Source: the human T2T-CHM13v2.0 reference genome, Homo sapiens. From it: DNA of 64,000 nt. Each line of letters opens with the position of its first letter. Position 1 is the stretch's first letter. Made by a program: the position numbers and the translations under genes. Shown here in pieces: positions 46,424-62,228 of the stretch. The stretch lies in assembly GCF_009914755.1 (NCBI RefSeq), contig NC_060930.1; one strand, 5' to 3'. The notes under the pieces are model-generated. The model saw nothing but the letters and a program-made list of their open reading frames with translations. It made no database searches and was not told where the DNA came from.

Positions 46424-46742
46424 ATTTTTATTTATTTATTTATTTTTTTGACAGGGCTTCACTCTGTTACCCGGGCTGGAGTGCAGTGGCATAATCATAG
46501 TTGACTGCATCCTCCAACTCCTGGGCTCAAACAATCCTCCCACCTCAGCCTCCGAAGTACTTGGGACAACAGACATGCACCATCATACCCGGCTATTTTA
46601 TTTTACTTTTTCATGGTAGAGACAAGGTCTCACTAGGCTGCCCAGGCTGGTATCTATCTAATTCCCGGCCTAAAGTGATCCGACTGTCTGCTTTGGCCTC
46701 CCAAATTATTGGGATTACAGGTGTGAGCCACTGTGCTCAGCC
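46424..46742 (-). mobile_element. AluJ SINE
   Basis: (TTTA)n tail; ctcctgggctcaaacaatcctcccacctcagcc; ends actgtgctcagcc. Confidence 0.92.
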
Positions 46743-48716
46743 ATTCTAATGTTATTTTAACATATTTAAACCACAGTTCTGAAAATAATGCCATCTTTAG
46801 ATGAATCTGTACTACAAAGACATTACAAAATATCATGTGAACATTTTATAAGTTCTTAATCTCCCCCAAATATTGATTACTCATCTGGTAGTCCATTACT
46901 CTTCTCAGTCTATTTTTACATTATTTACTTTATTGAGCTTCATCCTGCTTAGTGAATAAAATTGAATGGTTCAGTGAGCCCATTATGAGTCGAACTTTGT
47001 CTTATTTTACCTTAATCCATAAAAGAATCTCCTATCTCTCAAAGGAAATTCTGGTATTCTTCTGATCCACTTAAGGCTTTTGAGACCAGAGATGAAAGAT
47101 CCAATATCTACAGCTCTTGAACTGTCAGAGAGGGTGTGTGGAGCCTGCATTCACCAACCAGGTCATACTGTTCAGTTGGCAGGGATGATACTTTATATGG
47201 CACATAAGGCTTGCTAATATCCCAGAGCCTACCATAATGGCTGTATGTTATAGGTGTTTATAAATGAATGAACAATACCTATAGTATTTATATGTCACAC
47301 TTAAACTTATTCCATTATATTTCCTATGTAGTTTTAGGATTATAAGGGTGTTTGCAAATAAATGTTTAATATTTGATACAACACAATGTATTAAAAAGTT
47401 AAGATGCATGAATTTTTAACTCCCAAGAATTTATTTTTGTCTTAAAATATATATACAGTCATTATAGCATTGCCTGGAGGCATAACATACCATGTGATTG
47501 CACTTGTTAACTTTTAATCTGAATACTGTGGCTCACGTAGTCACAGCCAACATTCTCCCTTTGTAGTCAATAGGGATCTCACTCATTTACCAGATGTTTA
47601 GAAATAAACAACTATTGAATGTGTGAAATTCAGGCAAGAAGGTAAATGGTTTGATTAAGATGGTTTGATAATATTTTTAAAATACAAAGCAAACAAGATA
47701 AAAACAATAACCTCTAATAATTCCAGAATGTAGTAAGTCACTGAGATTTACTCTTCATGCTCCATTCCAGATAACTTTTATAACACTAAGCTGAAATCTT
47801 AACATATCTTACAATTTTGTATTCTGTGTATTCACATATTGCCAGACAGAATTGTCTCAGTTGTTAAAATATTTTAAATTCTTTTTAATGGTTATATAAT
47901 GGTCTAGAGATTTGACAGTCTAAAATTTACATAATACTCTGATTATTATTCACTTATTTATTGAAAAACATTTCTTGAGTTAATTATAAAGCTATAAATC
48001 AGCAAGCAATTGAATTAAAAAGAAAAAGTACTTATAATTCCCCTTCTCAGAGACAATAACTGTTAATATGTTGAAGCATCTCTTGAACATTTTAAATATC
48101 TAGCTATTTTTCTTTCTGATTTTTATATAAATATGTGAATATAAATATATATTAAGTAAATATTTTAATGTGACCCTATAACACATAATAAGAATATGTA
48201 TTTTACAATGAGAAATTTTATTAAAAGTATATATGACACTCTTCTTAAATATACAGTAGAGTTATCTGCATGGTATTACCTTTTTGGACTGTTGGAATAT
48301 ATACCATAATTTTAGAGTAGTTCCTATACTCAACTTTTAGAATATATTTACTTTGTTGCAGTTTTAGCAATGCTACCATAAGCATTCATATTGTTACACA
48401 GTTGCCTTGTCAGAAACCTCGGATAAATTCTTAAACATGTGTTAAAGGTATGCATATCTTTAAGGCTTTGATACGTATGGGCTGGATAACTTCAAGAAAA
48501 GGTTATGCAAAGTTATATTGCCAACAGCAATGATGTAACACAACTTAACTTTTAAAAATATTTTTGAAGTACTTATTTGCATGAATTACCGAATTTGTAA
48601 ACCGGTTACAAAATATCTTATTCAAGTAAAGCCCAATTTTAGTTATAGGGAATGTGAGATAATGGTTTTATTGAATATATTCCTTCTATATCACATTAAA
48701 ATGGATGTTAATTTTT

Positions 48717-49042
48717 CTTTTTCTTTTTTCTTTTTTCTTTTTTTTTTTTTTTTTTTTTGAGACAGAGTCTCGCTATCGCCCAGGTTGGAGTGCAGTGTGG
48801 CGCGATCTCAGCTCACTGCAGGCTCCGCCCCGCGGGGTTCACGCCATTCTCCTACCTCAGCCTCCCGAGTAGCTGGGACTACAGGCGCCCCCCACCTTGC
48901 CCGGGTAATTTTGTTTGTATTTTTAGTAGAGACGGGGTTTCACCGTGTTAGCCAGGATGGTCTCGATCTCCTGACCTCGTGATTTCCCCGCCTCGGCCTC
49001 CCAAAGTGCTGAGATTACAGGCGTGAGCCACCGCGCCTGGCC
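48717..49042 (-). mobile_element. AluY (AluYe-like) SINE
   Basis: AluY diagnostics (gttcacgccattctcc, gttagccaggatggtctcgatctcc), CpG-rich, long T tail; perfect TSD ggatgttaattttt at 48703-48716 and 49043-49056. Confidence 0.97.
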
Positions 49043-49622
49043 GGATGTTAATTTTTGTTAACACGACAGTGATGAGTGATATGTTTTCTGCTTGTCACTT
49101 GATCATAAATTCCAACATAAAAATAGAAGCAGTACGATAATGATACATAGGCAGTCTCATTCCAATTATCAGTAGCTTACAGATATACTTATTTCAAATT
49201 AAGCATTTGAAAATGTTTACATATATTATACTTAAGTGAGAACTAAAAAAACTGTGAAAAAATACTTTTCTTATTTTTTTCTAGGAGATACTATGCCACT
49301 TTATAAGTAGAACCACAGAGAATAGCTCAGTTGGTTAAATTTATCATCAGTTAGTTAATACTGTAGAGAATTTAATGAACTGGGAGATAAGAAAACATTT
49401 ATTACGTATTTAAATCCCATTTGGTTTTCCTAACTTAATTTTTTTCCCAGGGTGTCTCACTTCAGAGATGACTTTCCTAACTTTAATATCTTCTTACAAT
49501 AACTTTGTTATGCCTTTAAGAAAGGACTAAAATATTTGTAAAATTAGTTCAATAGGAATATTTCCAGGTCAAATGGATCCAATTTCCTCTTACTCCTGAA
49601 AAAATAAAGACAAATAAAATTA

Positions 49623-49711
49623 TTTTTATTTTACAATGGATAAATCTTCTTACACAATAGATTGTTCCTTTTTTTATTTTACAATAGATAAATGTTCCTA
49701 CACAATGGATT
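49623..49711. repeat. About 49-bp imperfect tandem duplication
   Basis: tttttattttacaat(g/a)gataaat(c/g)ttc(t/c)tacacaat(a/g)gatt occurs twice. Confidence 0.85.
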
Positions 49712-49838
49712 CTGATCTGGTATTTAGTGATGTCAAATGTATAATCAATAAGAGAAGTAATATCATCATCATGTTTTGGTAATATCATCCACCACCTTAT
49801 CAGCTGAATACAAAGTAGTGATTTTTCTTCTCCCTCAG

Positions 49839-49893
49839 ATACCGTCGGAACAGTTCTCGGACTCACAGGCTTGTTACCTCTTTACTCCAATAA
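49839..49893 (+). other. Candidate terminal coding exon (xYRRNSSRTHRLVTSLLQ*)
   Basis: Strong acceptor atttttcttctccctcag at 49838; three retained CpGs, all in Arg codons in this frame; unverified. Confidence 0.3.
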
Positions 49894-52800
49894 GAAGGGG
49901 GAAAAAAGCAAACCTCACTTTTCAAGACCTTTTTTTTTTTTTTGCTACCTCTAACTATACATTTACTATGTTTCAGTTATTTTCAAATCTAATCCATTTT
50001 CAATACACTACCAATTGTATATTTTTTCATAAAACTGATTTGTACATAAATAGTATGCTATGAATGGATAAAATGGAAACACCAAATTAAATTTCAGATA
50101 TAATCATTACACATTTCATACTATCTCTTAGAATGTTTTGAAAAATCCAAGAAATACTACACAAGATAACTCATAGCAAGTACATTCTGTATATATTCAA
50201 TGGTAGATATCATAAGGAAAGAAGAGGAGGAGAGAAAAGAGGAGGAAAAAAGGGGGAGAGAGTGAGTGGGAGAAAGAAAAATAAAGATTACTAAGTGAAT
50301 GAAGGCCTTTGCATAACCAGCTGTTATCAGAAAAGTATCTACCATGGTCAGAAGACCACCTGTAAAAGAGTAACACTGCGTGTTGTTAAAAGTAGATTTC
50401 TGCATATTGCCTCATATATACCAAGTCAGAGTCCTTTGGGATGGGGCTCAGGGATCTGTATTCTTCAGTAGCAACAAAGATGAATTTTGTGCCCCCTGAA
50501 ATTTAAAATATATTAAAGTGTAAAGTTATTTGAACATTCCAACCCCTGGCCTGATTTTTTTAATTGTGCTGGTTTAAAAAAATTTTTTTGCATTATGGAT
50601 TGTCATTAAAGATTATGAAGTATATACATTCTGAGAGCATTCTAAATAAATAAACGTTTCTAGAGCACACATTGGAAAGCAAAACCTGCAGAGGACGTAC
50701 TCACTCTGTTCTGTTCACTGCTGTTGAAAGGTGCATTTGTTTTTCTTACAGAGTATTTTTTTCAGAGATAATGTGATGAAGGTTCAAGTAATAAAATAAT
50801 TAAGGTGCATAGGTATAACCTTTCTGTAAATTACTGAAGCACACAAATTATTTTGAGAATTTGAATACCAAAAAGTTTGCATGCCAACATATTTACTATA
50901 AATCTATCGATGTTGGAATGTATTTTGCCCAGGCAAATATTGCAAGTACAATCTAAATAATAGACAATGGTGGCTGATTTGATTATTGTTAATAGTGGTT
51001 TTCCTAAAATTATAAAAAGCATGTATCTTGGGACATGCTTTCTTTATGTCTTCTGAGATTATAAACATGTTTCTCTACTTACATAGTTTAAATAAGATTT
51101 TTGTCTAGTGAAAAACTTAGCATAGGAAAAGCAAGACATGGGTTCACAATCCCCAAGGTCAAGTACTGATTTTGTATTTCCTTCATTTTAAAAAATTGCC
51201 AATATTGATGAAAAAATGATTAATTATTAATGAAAAAACACAGGTCCTGTGGATCTCTTTTTAACATGTGCATTTTAATTTGTGGTAAAAACATATTAGT
51301 CTCTGCCTTTTTTCTCTCCAATACGTAAAGCTGAATTACAACACAAGTATATTATGCAAATCAAGACAGTTCTTTCCAAGTCACTGAAAATTTAATGTCA
51401 GAAAATACATATTTTAGCATACATTATTTAGTGAAAAGTTCATTTTTACTTTTCTGCAAAAGTGCTCTAAGCTTTGGAGTAAGAGCATTTTGTGGGTTCC
51501 TGGTAATACCATATGTTTTAGAGGTTTTAACTTCCTCATGGGTATCCAAAGATGTTAATATTTGACTTTTCCTGACATTTCACTGATTTCATTTTCTTAC
51601 TGTTGCTGTTGTTGCTGCCTTTGTTATTATATATGAACATAAATGGGAAATTGCTCAGTTGATAAGTGATCAACAGCTACTTTACTCCTGGTATTGACCA
51701 GGAGTGGCTGCTTTGGGAAGCTGTGATTCCTTTGGGAAGTGAGATATGTCATAATCCTTAAAAATGGAATAAAGTCTATAATTTAAAGTATTCCACAAAT
51801 CCTTCTGGAAACAATCACCACCAACCCCAACCCAAATGAGAACCATTGCCCTGGACACTATCAACAATGGCCAGACCTTTGGTGAACTACCTATCCTGGA
51901 CAAGGCCTACCACAAAGTAGGTGCTTTTCAAAATATGGTTCAGTCGTTGTTGAGGCTGAGCGAACAGATGAAATAGTAGAAAACCACTGTGGTGAAACTT
52001 AGGAGGCTGGCTTCTAGTCAGCAATGTCAGTAACTTCTTTGAATCAGAGGAAGTCAACGGATCTTTCCAGGTCTTAGTTTTCTCCTTTGAGAAGTGGTTT
52101 GAGGTAGACGATTTTGAGTGTTCTTTATGGTTGCACAATGCATGAGATAAGAAAAATACAAAATACATGGTGGTGAGATAGACAACAATTAGGTCACAAT
52201 GAGGTTAAAAGTAAATAAAAATGAAAAAGCATAATTAGAAAAATAATATAAAAAAGTGAAATATGAAGCATGTTTGGGGTAGAAAGAAAATTATTAGAGC
52301 AAGAAAAATAGGAAAAATAATTATGAGTGTATCTTTAAAACACAAGGCAATGGACACTGGTAGAAGGATTTGGTCAAAATAAAAAGTAGCAGTATTATTT
52401 GCTAAACTTGCAAGTAATTAGGAAATACATTTTTAAATGATATAAAATGATATAAAGTGATATAAAAACTCATCTGCTTTATGAATTTGAAACATGCTTT
52501 TTGATTATTTAACATAAAGAACAACTATGTGGATTCATTGTTAAAAATTGTTTACCCTATGGTTTTATGAGGAGATATATATATATATAGTCTTCCAAAG
52601 TTGATTAAAAACATACAAACCCATTGTACTTCAGAGTCAATTGATTTTAATGCCTGAACATACCCACTATACACTACCTTGATATTGACTTAATATCTAT
52701 TTCTACTTCTATTTTTTAAGCCACAGTTTTTATCATTATGGTAATCATTTGAGATGACATTTTAATTCTTAGGCACTTGTTTTTTCTGTATAAATCCATT

Positions 52801-52916
52801 GAGATTTCTACATGCATATTCAAACAAACAAAAGTACCTAAGTTTATATATAACATAAGCAATATGATAACAAAAATAAGGTTTATATTTCATGTTATTT
52901 TATTTTTATTACTTAA

Positions 52917-53268
<352 letters not shown>

Positions 53269-54171
53269 GAGGTGGATGATTCTTAAAGCAAATACAGAAC
53301 ATCTGAATGGACATGTACTTTCTAGATGTCGTGGGAGAAGTGTCATATGATAGAGAGATATAGATAGATACATATACACTTATATACACACAATTAATAC
53401 ATTTTTAAATATATGAAAATGTGATCAAACCAGAAAATACCCTAAAGATTTAGTGAGGTAGAGAACACAGAGTTTTTAGTTGTAGTAGATGAAGACAAGA
53501 CTATAATGCCACATTAGAATTATTTAACCAGAACTTTTATGATTCTCAGAATTTGAACAGGGTCACAGAGGTGCAAAGAGAAAGGCATGAGTAAAAGCCT
53601 AAGTTTGTGGTATGTAATGTGTTCTTAGGAGACACTGAGTCGATGAGTAGATTAACCTGATTACTGCAGAGGCCTAATATAAGAAGTGTATATGTGGGTG
53701 TGACCCATTTATAAAGAGCTTGAAATGCCAGGCTAAGATAGTTTGAAATTTATCCTGTAGGTGGTAGAGAGGTGATGGATAATAGAAATATTTACATTAT
53801 TCATTGTGATTAAGGATAGTTTAATATATCTTTTTTTTTTATTTCTGAGTTAACATTTTTAAAGGAAACCCACTTTTGAATATGTGTATTTCAGGGAGCT
53901 TAAGTACTTTTTTACATTAGATAATTATATGACTTGCCAATTGTAACAGAAGAATTTAAGTGTTTTAATAATACTTTATAGATAATAGTAACACTCTCTT
54001 AGTTATGTATCCATTGTGCCTTGCTAATGTTACCATTTCCTGTGGGGATGACTGTACTAGACAGTGATATATATAAAATGTGAGGACTTATTCTCACAAC
54101 AGTTTGATTTATTAGGTGATTAACTGTGAATGTTGCTTCTACTAATGTACAAAGATTGCTACTGTAAGTTC

Positions 54172-54468
54172 TTTTTTTTTTCTTTTTCTTATACTTTAAA
54201 TTCTGGGGTACATGTGCAGAACGTGCAGGTTTGTTACATAGTTATACACGTGCCATGGTGGTTTGCTGCACCCATCAACCCGTCATCTACATTAGGTATT
54301 TCTCCTAATGCTATCCCTCCCCTAGCCCCCCAACCCCCCACAGGCCCCAGTGTGTGATGTTCCCCTCCCTGTGTCCATGTGTTCTCATTGTTAAACTCCC
54401 AGTTATGAGTGAGAACATGTGGTATTTGGTTTTCTGTCTTTGTGTTAGTTTGCTGAGAATGATGGTTT
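54172..54468 (-). mobile_element. L1PA7/8-like 3' fragment
   Basis: T tail, then atactttaaattctggggtacatgtgcagaacgtg...gctgagaatgatggttt. Confidence 0.93.
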
Positions 54469-54499
54469 GAACTTTAGGAATTTTAATGTTCTTTGAATC

Positions 54500-54853
54500 T
54501 GATATGGTTTGGCTGTGTCCCTTTTCAAATCTCAACGTGAAGTGTATCTCCCAGAATTCCCACGTGTTGTGGGAGGGACCCAGGGGGAGGTCATTGAATC
54601 ATGGGGGCCTGTCTTTCCCATGCTATTCTTGTGATAGTAAATAAGTCTCACGAGATCTAATGGGTTTATCAGCGGTTTCCACTTTTGCCTCTTCCTCATT
54701 CTCTCTTGTGGCTGCCATGTAAGAAGTGCCTTTGACCCTCTGCCATGATTGTGAGGCCTCCCCAGCCATTTGGAACTGTAAGTCAAATTAAACCTCCTTT
54801 GCTTCCCAGTCTCAGGTATGTCTTTATCAGTAGCATGAAAACGGACTGATACA
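54500..54853 (+). mobile_element. THE1 (THE1A-like) MaLR solo LTR
   Basis: TGatatggtttggctgtgtccc...ggactgataCA, 354 bp; 5-bp TSD gaatc at 54495-54499 and 54854-54858. Confidence 0.95.
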
Positions 54854-55069
54854 GAATCCTCAAGATCTCACACTATTTTTGTACTCACTGGGCTACATTG
54901 GGCTTGCAAGTGTTAGCTAAATACGTTAATAGTAACAGTAACAAACCAGCTTTAAAAAATAACATATTAGACCTAATATTACCTGTAGCAAGTATGTAGG
55001 CTCACATTAACTTAGAGCATGCAGGAACAGTGAAAGGAATTTGACTTATTATGAATAATGGAATGCTTT

Positions 55070-56650
<1,581 letters not shown>

Positions 56651-57102
56651 GGAATGCTTTGTTTCAAGGCAGTTAGTTTCCCAGTCCTTCGCGGCTCCTA
56701 CTCAGCTGCTTTCTTTGAGTGTTCAATGGGGAGTTTAAATAAGAATTTAAACTGCAGTTCTAAACCTTTTCCTTTGTTTATAGTACTCACAAACTAAATA
56801 CTGAATCTCAAAAGATGGCCTTATTTAGTTTTGAATTCTTATATAAGGTAATTACAGTATTGACGTGATTAGTCAGCAGGCTGAAGTTGTCAAAGTAAAC
56901 CAAAATTGTCTAACATTTATGAAAGAAGTCAAACAGTCTTTTGGTAAATTTATTGAGTTAGATTCTCTAGGAGGCCCTTATTATTAACATCCCAAAGGGA
57001 GAATTTATTATCTTAATATAATTTTTGATAATCCAGGTATACTTTTAGTAGTGAACATTCAACTTTCAAGATAACCAGAGTAATTTGATTTGACCATCAA
57101 AA

Positions 57103-57104
<2 letters not shown>

Positions 57105-57140
<36 letters not shown>
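57105..57140. repeat. (TG)n microsatellite
   Basis: Direct inspection. Confidence 0.97.
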
Positions 57141-57141
<1 letters not shown>

Positions 57142-58057
57142 ATGTAGATCTCATTTGATGTAATAGTTACACAAAAACTATTTCTGAATTTTGAAACTCA
57201 GCCAAAGCAAAAAATCATTGGCCTTCAATACATTTCACATACACAATTGCACGAAATAAATTTATATTAAAGATAAACAAAAATATTCAACATAATTTTA
57301 ATATTTGCATTGCTTTAGGATTCATTCAGGATATTTCAGCTTCTTTTTTTTATTTGTTGGGACATATGTATTTTTGATTTTACACTGGTTTTAATAAAAC
57401 TTTATATCTTAAATGAAAATCCTCAGTAGTATAGGCAGATATGGGGAAGGTATCTTACAACATACTTTCTTCTGTCTTTAGTTTTCAAAGGTCCCAAAGA
57501 AATCAAACAAGCATCCACTCCTGGAAGAAGAATGGAATTAAGTTAAAGATCAAATAAAATTAAATACAGTGGACAAAAACTTCTATTTGGAAGAATAAAA
57601 ATTAGTTGATATTATATGAAAGGGAAATAATATTATTTTGTTAATTTCAAATTTAAAAATAAATTACGTTTACTTTGAATAATTAATATAAGCACTGATC
57701 CGTATATGAGATACACTGAATCTGAAACCTACAAATATTTAGTTTGGAACAAGTAGCCAATGCTTATTGGAATAAAAATTATCATTATTTATTATCATGA
57801 AAATGATTAAGAATCTGTACTGAGTTATGACACTGTTAAATGTAGAGTTATTAGAAAATATAACAGTATTTATAACTAATTATATAAAATTGATTTGTAA
57901 TTAGCTCTACAGGGGTGCAAAAATAATTTCTGCAATATTAATGACAACTAGATTAAAGAGAAGAGCTTTTTTCTCCTTATTCTAATTAGTTTGGTAGTTT
58001 GATTTACAAGTTCTTATTTATGAAACAAATATAAATTTATCTTTCTCTAAATGCCTT

Positions 58058-58220
58058 TGGCTCCCAAGCTACCTTTTCTAATAGATGTTTGATTCCTTCT
58101 CTTTACTTTGCCTTAAAATTATTAATGTAGTCACACTGGCTCCCAAGCTACCTTTTCTAATACACTAGATGTTTGATTCCTTCTCTTTACTTTGCCTTAA
58201 AATTATTAATATAGTCACAC
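58058..58220. repeat. 79/84-bp tandem duplication
   Basis: tggctcccaagctaccttttctaata...tagtcacac at 58058-58136 and 58137-58220; differ by a 5-bp indel and 1 substitution. Confidence 0.97.
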
Positions 58221-58799
58221 AAAGGTTATAATTAATGAGAAAAAGAAAAAAAATAAGAAACAAGCAAATGAAAACCTGGATCCAATCCTAAGTAAATGGG
58301 CAAATCAGGAAATCTTTGTGCTTTTAAAATTCCTTTTAATGGATTCTATTCCATTTTGTCTCTCCAGACTTCTTGCTGGGAATCCACTAATCTAATATAA
58401 ATCTACTAGGTGCTATTCTCCCAACTATTACTTGGGAAATATGTAGAGAAAATGTCCTGTCATAAGCAGACTTGTTAAGCCAACCCCCAGGTTTAATCTT
58501 CACAACATTTGGTATTTTTTATAATATAAACTTGTATTTCATGCCCTTCTTCCCTGCTAGACCAAAATTCCTGAGTGTAGAAACATCTGTTATTGGCCTC
58601 TGTATTCCTCAGGGACTTACTCAGCACCAGCACCCTATGCCTGGCCATTGCTGGTATTTTATAAATACAAGTGTTTGTAGAATGAATGAGTAGAAGAAAA
58701 ACTCTGTATCCTGCTTGACATAAATACCAATAATCAAGGGCCTGTTTTATCAATTCTGAATTAATTAATAGTGAAAAGGTATTTATTATTCCCTTTTGT

Positions 58800-58801
<2 letters not shown>

Positions 58802-58846
<45 letters not shown>
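58802..58846. repeat. (AT)n microsatellite
   Basis: About 22 uninterrupted AT units. Confidence 0.97.
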
Positions 58847-58850
<4 letters not shown>

Positions 58851-60689
58851 CTGACTGTTTCTTTTAAAAGGCATGACTTTAAGGCATGAGTTTTATTACT
58901 TATGATATTCATTAGATATCTAGTTTTTTTTCACATCTAAGCACTCTTTACCACCTGGTACTCCTGTAAAGTATAAAAGCCTGTTTAATGGTTTAATGTA
59001 GTATGCCACTAGAATGCTAAAATAGTACTTTTCAGTGAAAGTGTTACAAGCACTCATGCATAGAACATATCTAGTGAAACCCCAGCAACAACCAAATGCC
59101 TCTGTAAAAGCAGTCTTGTAATAATCTGTAAGGTTGTTGTAAGATTTGGTAAAAATATCTATGATAGTACCAAGCACCCATGATAAGCCCTCAATAAATT
59201 ATAGCTATCATTGTATTTCTTACTGTTTTTCAAGCCAAATTGCATTTGTGAGTAGCATAGGGGCAACTAAAAACAGTGGTATTGTACATGTAGAAAACTT
59301 GTATGGTAGAATTTTGAGAAAAAATTAATGATCTCTTTTCACCATTTTTCTTGCCAGCTTCTTGCTCATTTCTGTAAAATAACTTGTGTTCATAGTTTAC
59401 ATATTTAGTGTTGTGATTTGCATCATTTTAGAAACACTTGATTGACGAAATTGAGAAGTACATCTGTAAGTTGTGGTGAAATGGGATAGAAGTGAAAGTG
59501 AGTTACTTTGTTTTTTGTGTTTTTTCAAGCCACCAAAGTTCAGTGAATAAAGTGGCTTTAGGTTCTTGTAGCTGGGACCAAATCCATCTCAGTTTGCTAT
59601 ATTAGCTGAGAAGCTCAAAGAACACAGGCTGGTAGAGCAGAAAGAATGTAAACCACATGCATGGTTCTATGTGCGCACCGCCTTCTCCACCTGTAGACTC
59701 TCCTTTAATTATGCGGGAAAACAAGCCATAGACTTGAGAGTTAGATACAGTTTATTTGCTTGAACTTTTAACGTCACTATACTTTCATAAGGATGCTCAT
59801 TGCCCACCTCCATTAATGAGGATTGAGGGATCCCAGAGCTGAAAGCATTTAGCACTATGCCTGGCACACAGCAGATCCTCAAGATCTGCTTTCCTTCCTT
59901 TCCCCTTCCCAACCCTCCATCCAGTCTGGTGTGATATATGAAAGCAATGTTGAAGAATGAAACAGCTTGGTGTGGTAAGAAATACTGAGAAGGAAATTTT
60001 CATTTAGATTTAGTGGTTTAACTAGCATGAATTTTTATTGGAAAGGGGGAAAAAAGGTGCTATTCTGGCTGTATCTTACTAGCAATATAATCTTGTGCCC
60101 TCAAAAGTTTTCTGAATCTCATTTTTTCTCCCACAAAAATGTGGTTTTAATTATTTATCACATGCAGCTCTAATTATGTACAGTTCCAAAATGAACTATC
60201 CAAGCTTCTTATCCTTAGATAGTCCCAAAGAAATGTTATTATATTTTGCCAATACAAAAATCTGAAATACAGAAAATTCAAGGACGAGAAAGCAACTCTA
60301 TTTTCTATTTAATCTTGTAGTCTTTCTCTCTTTCAAATTCAGAAAGAAAAGCAACTCCCTGAGGAAAGATCAATTTCAAAGGAATCTTCAGTATTTCTAT
60401 GAAAGATTGATAAGTACATGTTTCACTGTGTAAAACATTTGAACTGAAAGGAACAATGCACATGGCAGATGCTTCTTTAACTTGAAATTTTACAGCTGTC
60501 ATCTGTTGCAGCAACAATGGTTAAATGAATGGAATATTGTTTATTCCACGGAGAAAATTATCCAGCCTTTAGTATATAAATACACCTTTTATTTTTTCAC
60601 CTTTATATATGAAAGCAATGATATGCACCTATCCTCATTTATAACTAGTTGCTTGTTAGTTAGATGTATCCTCCATCACACTCACACAC

Positions 60690-61720
60690 CCCTTTAATAA
60701 TCTGGTTCTCACCCTTTTCACTCCATTGAAACTGCCCATTCTTATTGCAGCCACCATCTGACTGCCTGACCATTTCTCATCGCTCTCCTCCTCAATCTCT
60801 CTGCACTATTTGGTATGTTTTATGGCACCTTTCCACCATACACATGTTCTTGAACTCCTCTGTACTATCTTGCATTGCCCCTCCATTCTGTGTCTTCTTT
60901 ATTAGCCTGCCTTTCTTCTTTTGTCTGCAACTAGATTACATGCTCAGATGAGTGCTCTCTTTCAAACTCCCTTGATTCATTCATTCCCATAAATTGAGTA
61001 CGATTGATACCTCTAGGGACATGAATCTCAAATCTCTATATGTAGGACTGACATCTTACATATATATGCAGCTGCTGCGGAGTATTTCTTCCTGGAAGTA
61101 CCACTGCACACCTCAAAGTCCAAAGTTCCAAGGCAAAACTTACTATTTCCCCATGGAAATGTACTTCTTCTTTTATTCTCACCCTGTTGATAGATAATAG
61201 TTAAAATTGATAAAAATAGATAAGAAATAGATAAAATTGTATACAGATAAACAAAATAGATAAAAGAGTTAAATTAAAAAACAACCACTTTGTAAATCTT
61301 CTCTTTTATTTTGCTGTTCGTCTGCTTTGTGCTGTGGAAGTTTCATCCATGATTTTTTTAAAAGTTACATCTTATTTCCCCGAATATCATCAAATACTTT
61401 TATTTCCATTAGCCTGAGCTATTTTAAATAACCTTATCATTGGTTCCACATAATCTCTTTTTCTATCCCAATCTTGCCTATGTCTCTGCCCAAGTAGACT
61501 TACTAAATATTCGTACTGATTGTATTTTTTCCTCAAAGTAGCTTCCATTGCCTTCTGCATCGACCTGGTACCCAAGGCCCTCCACAGAAACACTCTGATC
61601 TACCTTCTACTGGGTACTCACCTCCATATTACCTGTATTTAGACCAATTAACTTGATTACATCTATACATATCTCACTGCACTTGCTCATGTTTTCTCTC
61701 TTTACAAAACTCTCCTTCCA
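60690..61720 (+). mobile_element. L2 fragments
   Basis: aatctggttctcacccttttcactccattgaaactgcc; aatctcaaatctctatatgtagg; cacacctcaaagtccaaagttccaa; boundaries approximate. Confidence 0.5.
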
Positions 61721-61824
61721 CTGTTATAATTTATTAAAATAATTTTCTTTCTCCCTCCCTCTCTCCAGCACTTTCTGCCTTTCTTTCTACCTTCATTACA
61801 CTAATTTTTCTTTTGTTAATTTAG

Positions 61825-62228
61825 TTTTTCTTTAATTTTTAAGAGTATATAGTAGACATATACGTATATGTATTTATGGGGAATATGCAATGTTTTGATA
61901 CAGATGGAGAATGTGTAACGGTCACACCAGGGTAAGTGAGATATCCATCACCTCAAGCATTTACCATTTCTTTGTATTAAGAACATTCAAATTGCACTCT
62001 TTTAGTTATTTTGAAATATACAATAAATTATTTTGACTATAGTCATCCTGTTGTGAATATCAAATACTAGCTCTTATTTATTCTATCTAAATATATTTTT
62101 GTAGCCATTAACCATCCCCGCTTCTCTCTCCCTCCACCGTCCTTCCCAGCCTCTGGTAACCATCATTCTACTCTCTATCTCAGTAAGTTCGTTTTAGTTT
62201 TTAGCTCCCACAAATGAGTAAGAGTATG
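61825..62228 (-). mobile_element. L1MA-type 3' end
   Basis: atccatcacctcaagcatttaccatttctttgtattaagaacattcaaatt...ccttcccagcctctggtaaccatcattctactctctatctc...tagctcccacaaatgagt. Confidence 0.85.

Noticed and set aside
49324-49340. tagctcagttggtta resembling a tRNA D-arm/A-box
   Set aside because: No anticodon stem, T-arm or acceptor stem around it.
54165-54475. L1 fragment flanked by inverted aagttc/gaactt instead of a TSD
   Set aside because: A 6-bp match is too short to distinguish from chance.
57911-57940. ggtgcaaaaataatt resembling MADE1/miR-548
   Set aside because: Only a short partial match, with no second inverted arm.
61188-61275. Degenerate (GATAAAAATA)-like repeats as an organised array
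   Set aside because: Low-complexity A-rich decay with no constant unit or unique spacers; nothing CRISPR-like occurs in this eukaryotic window.
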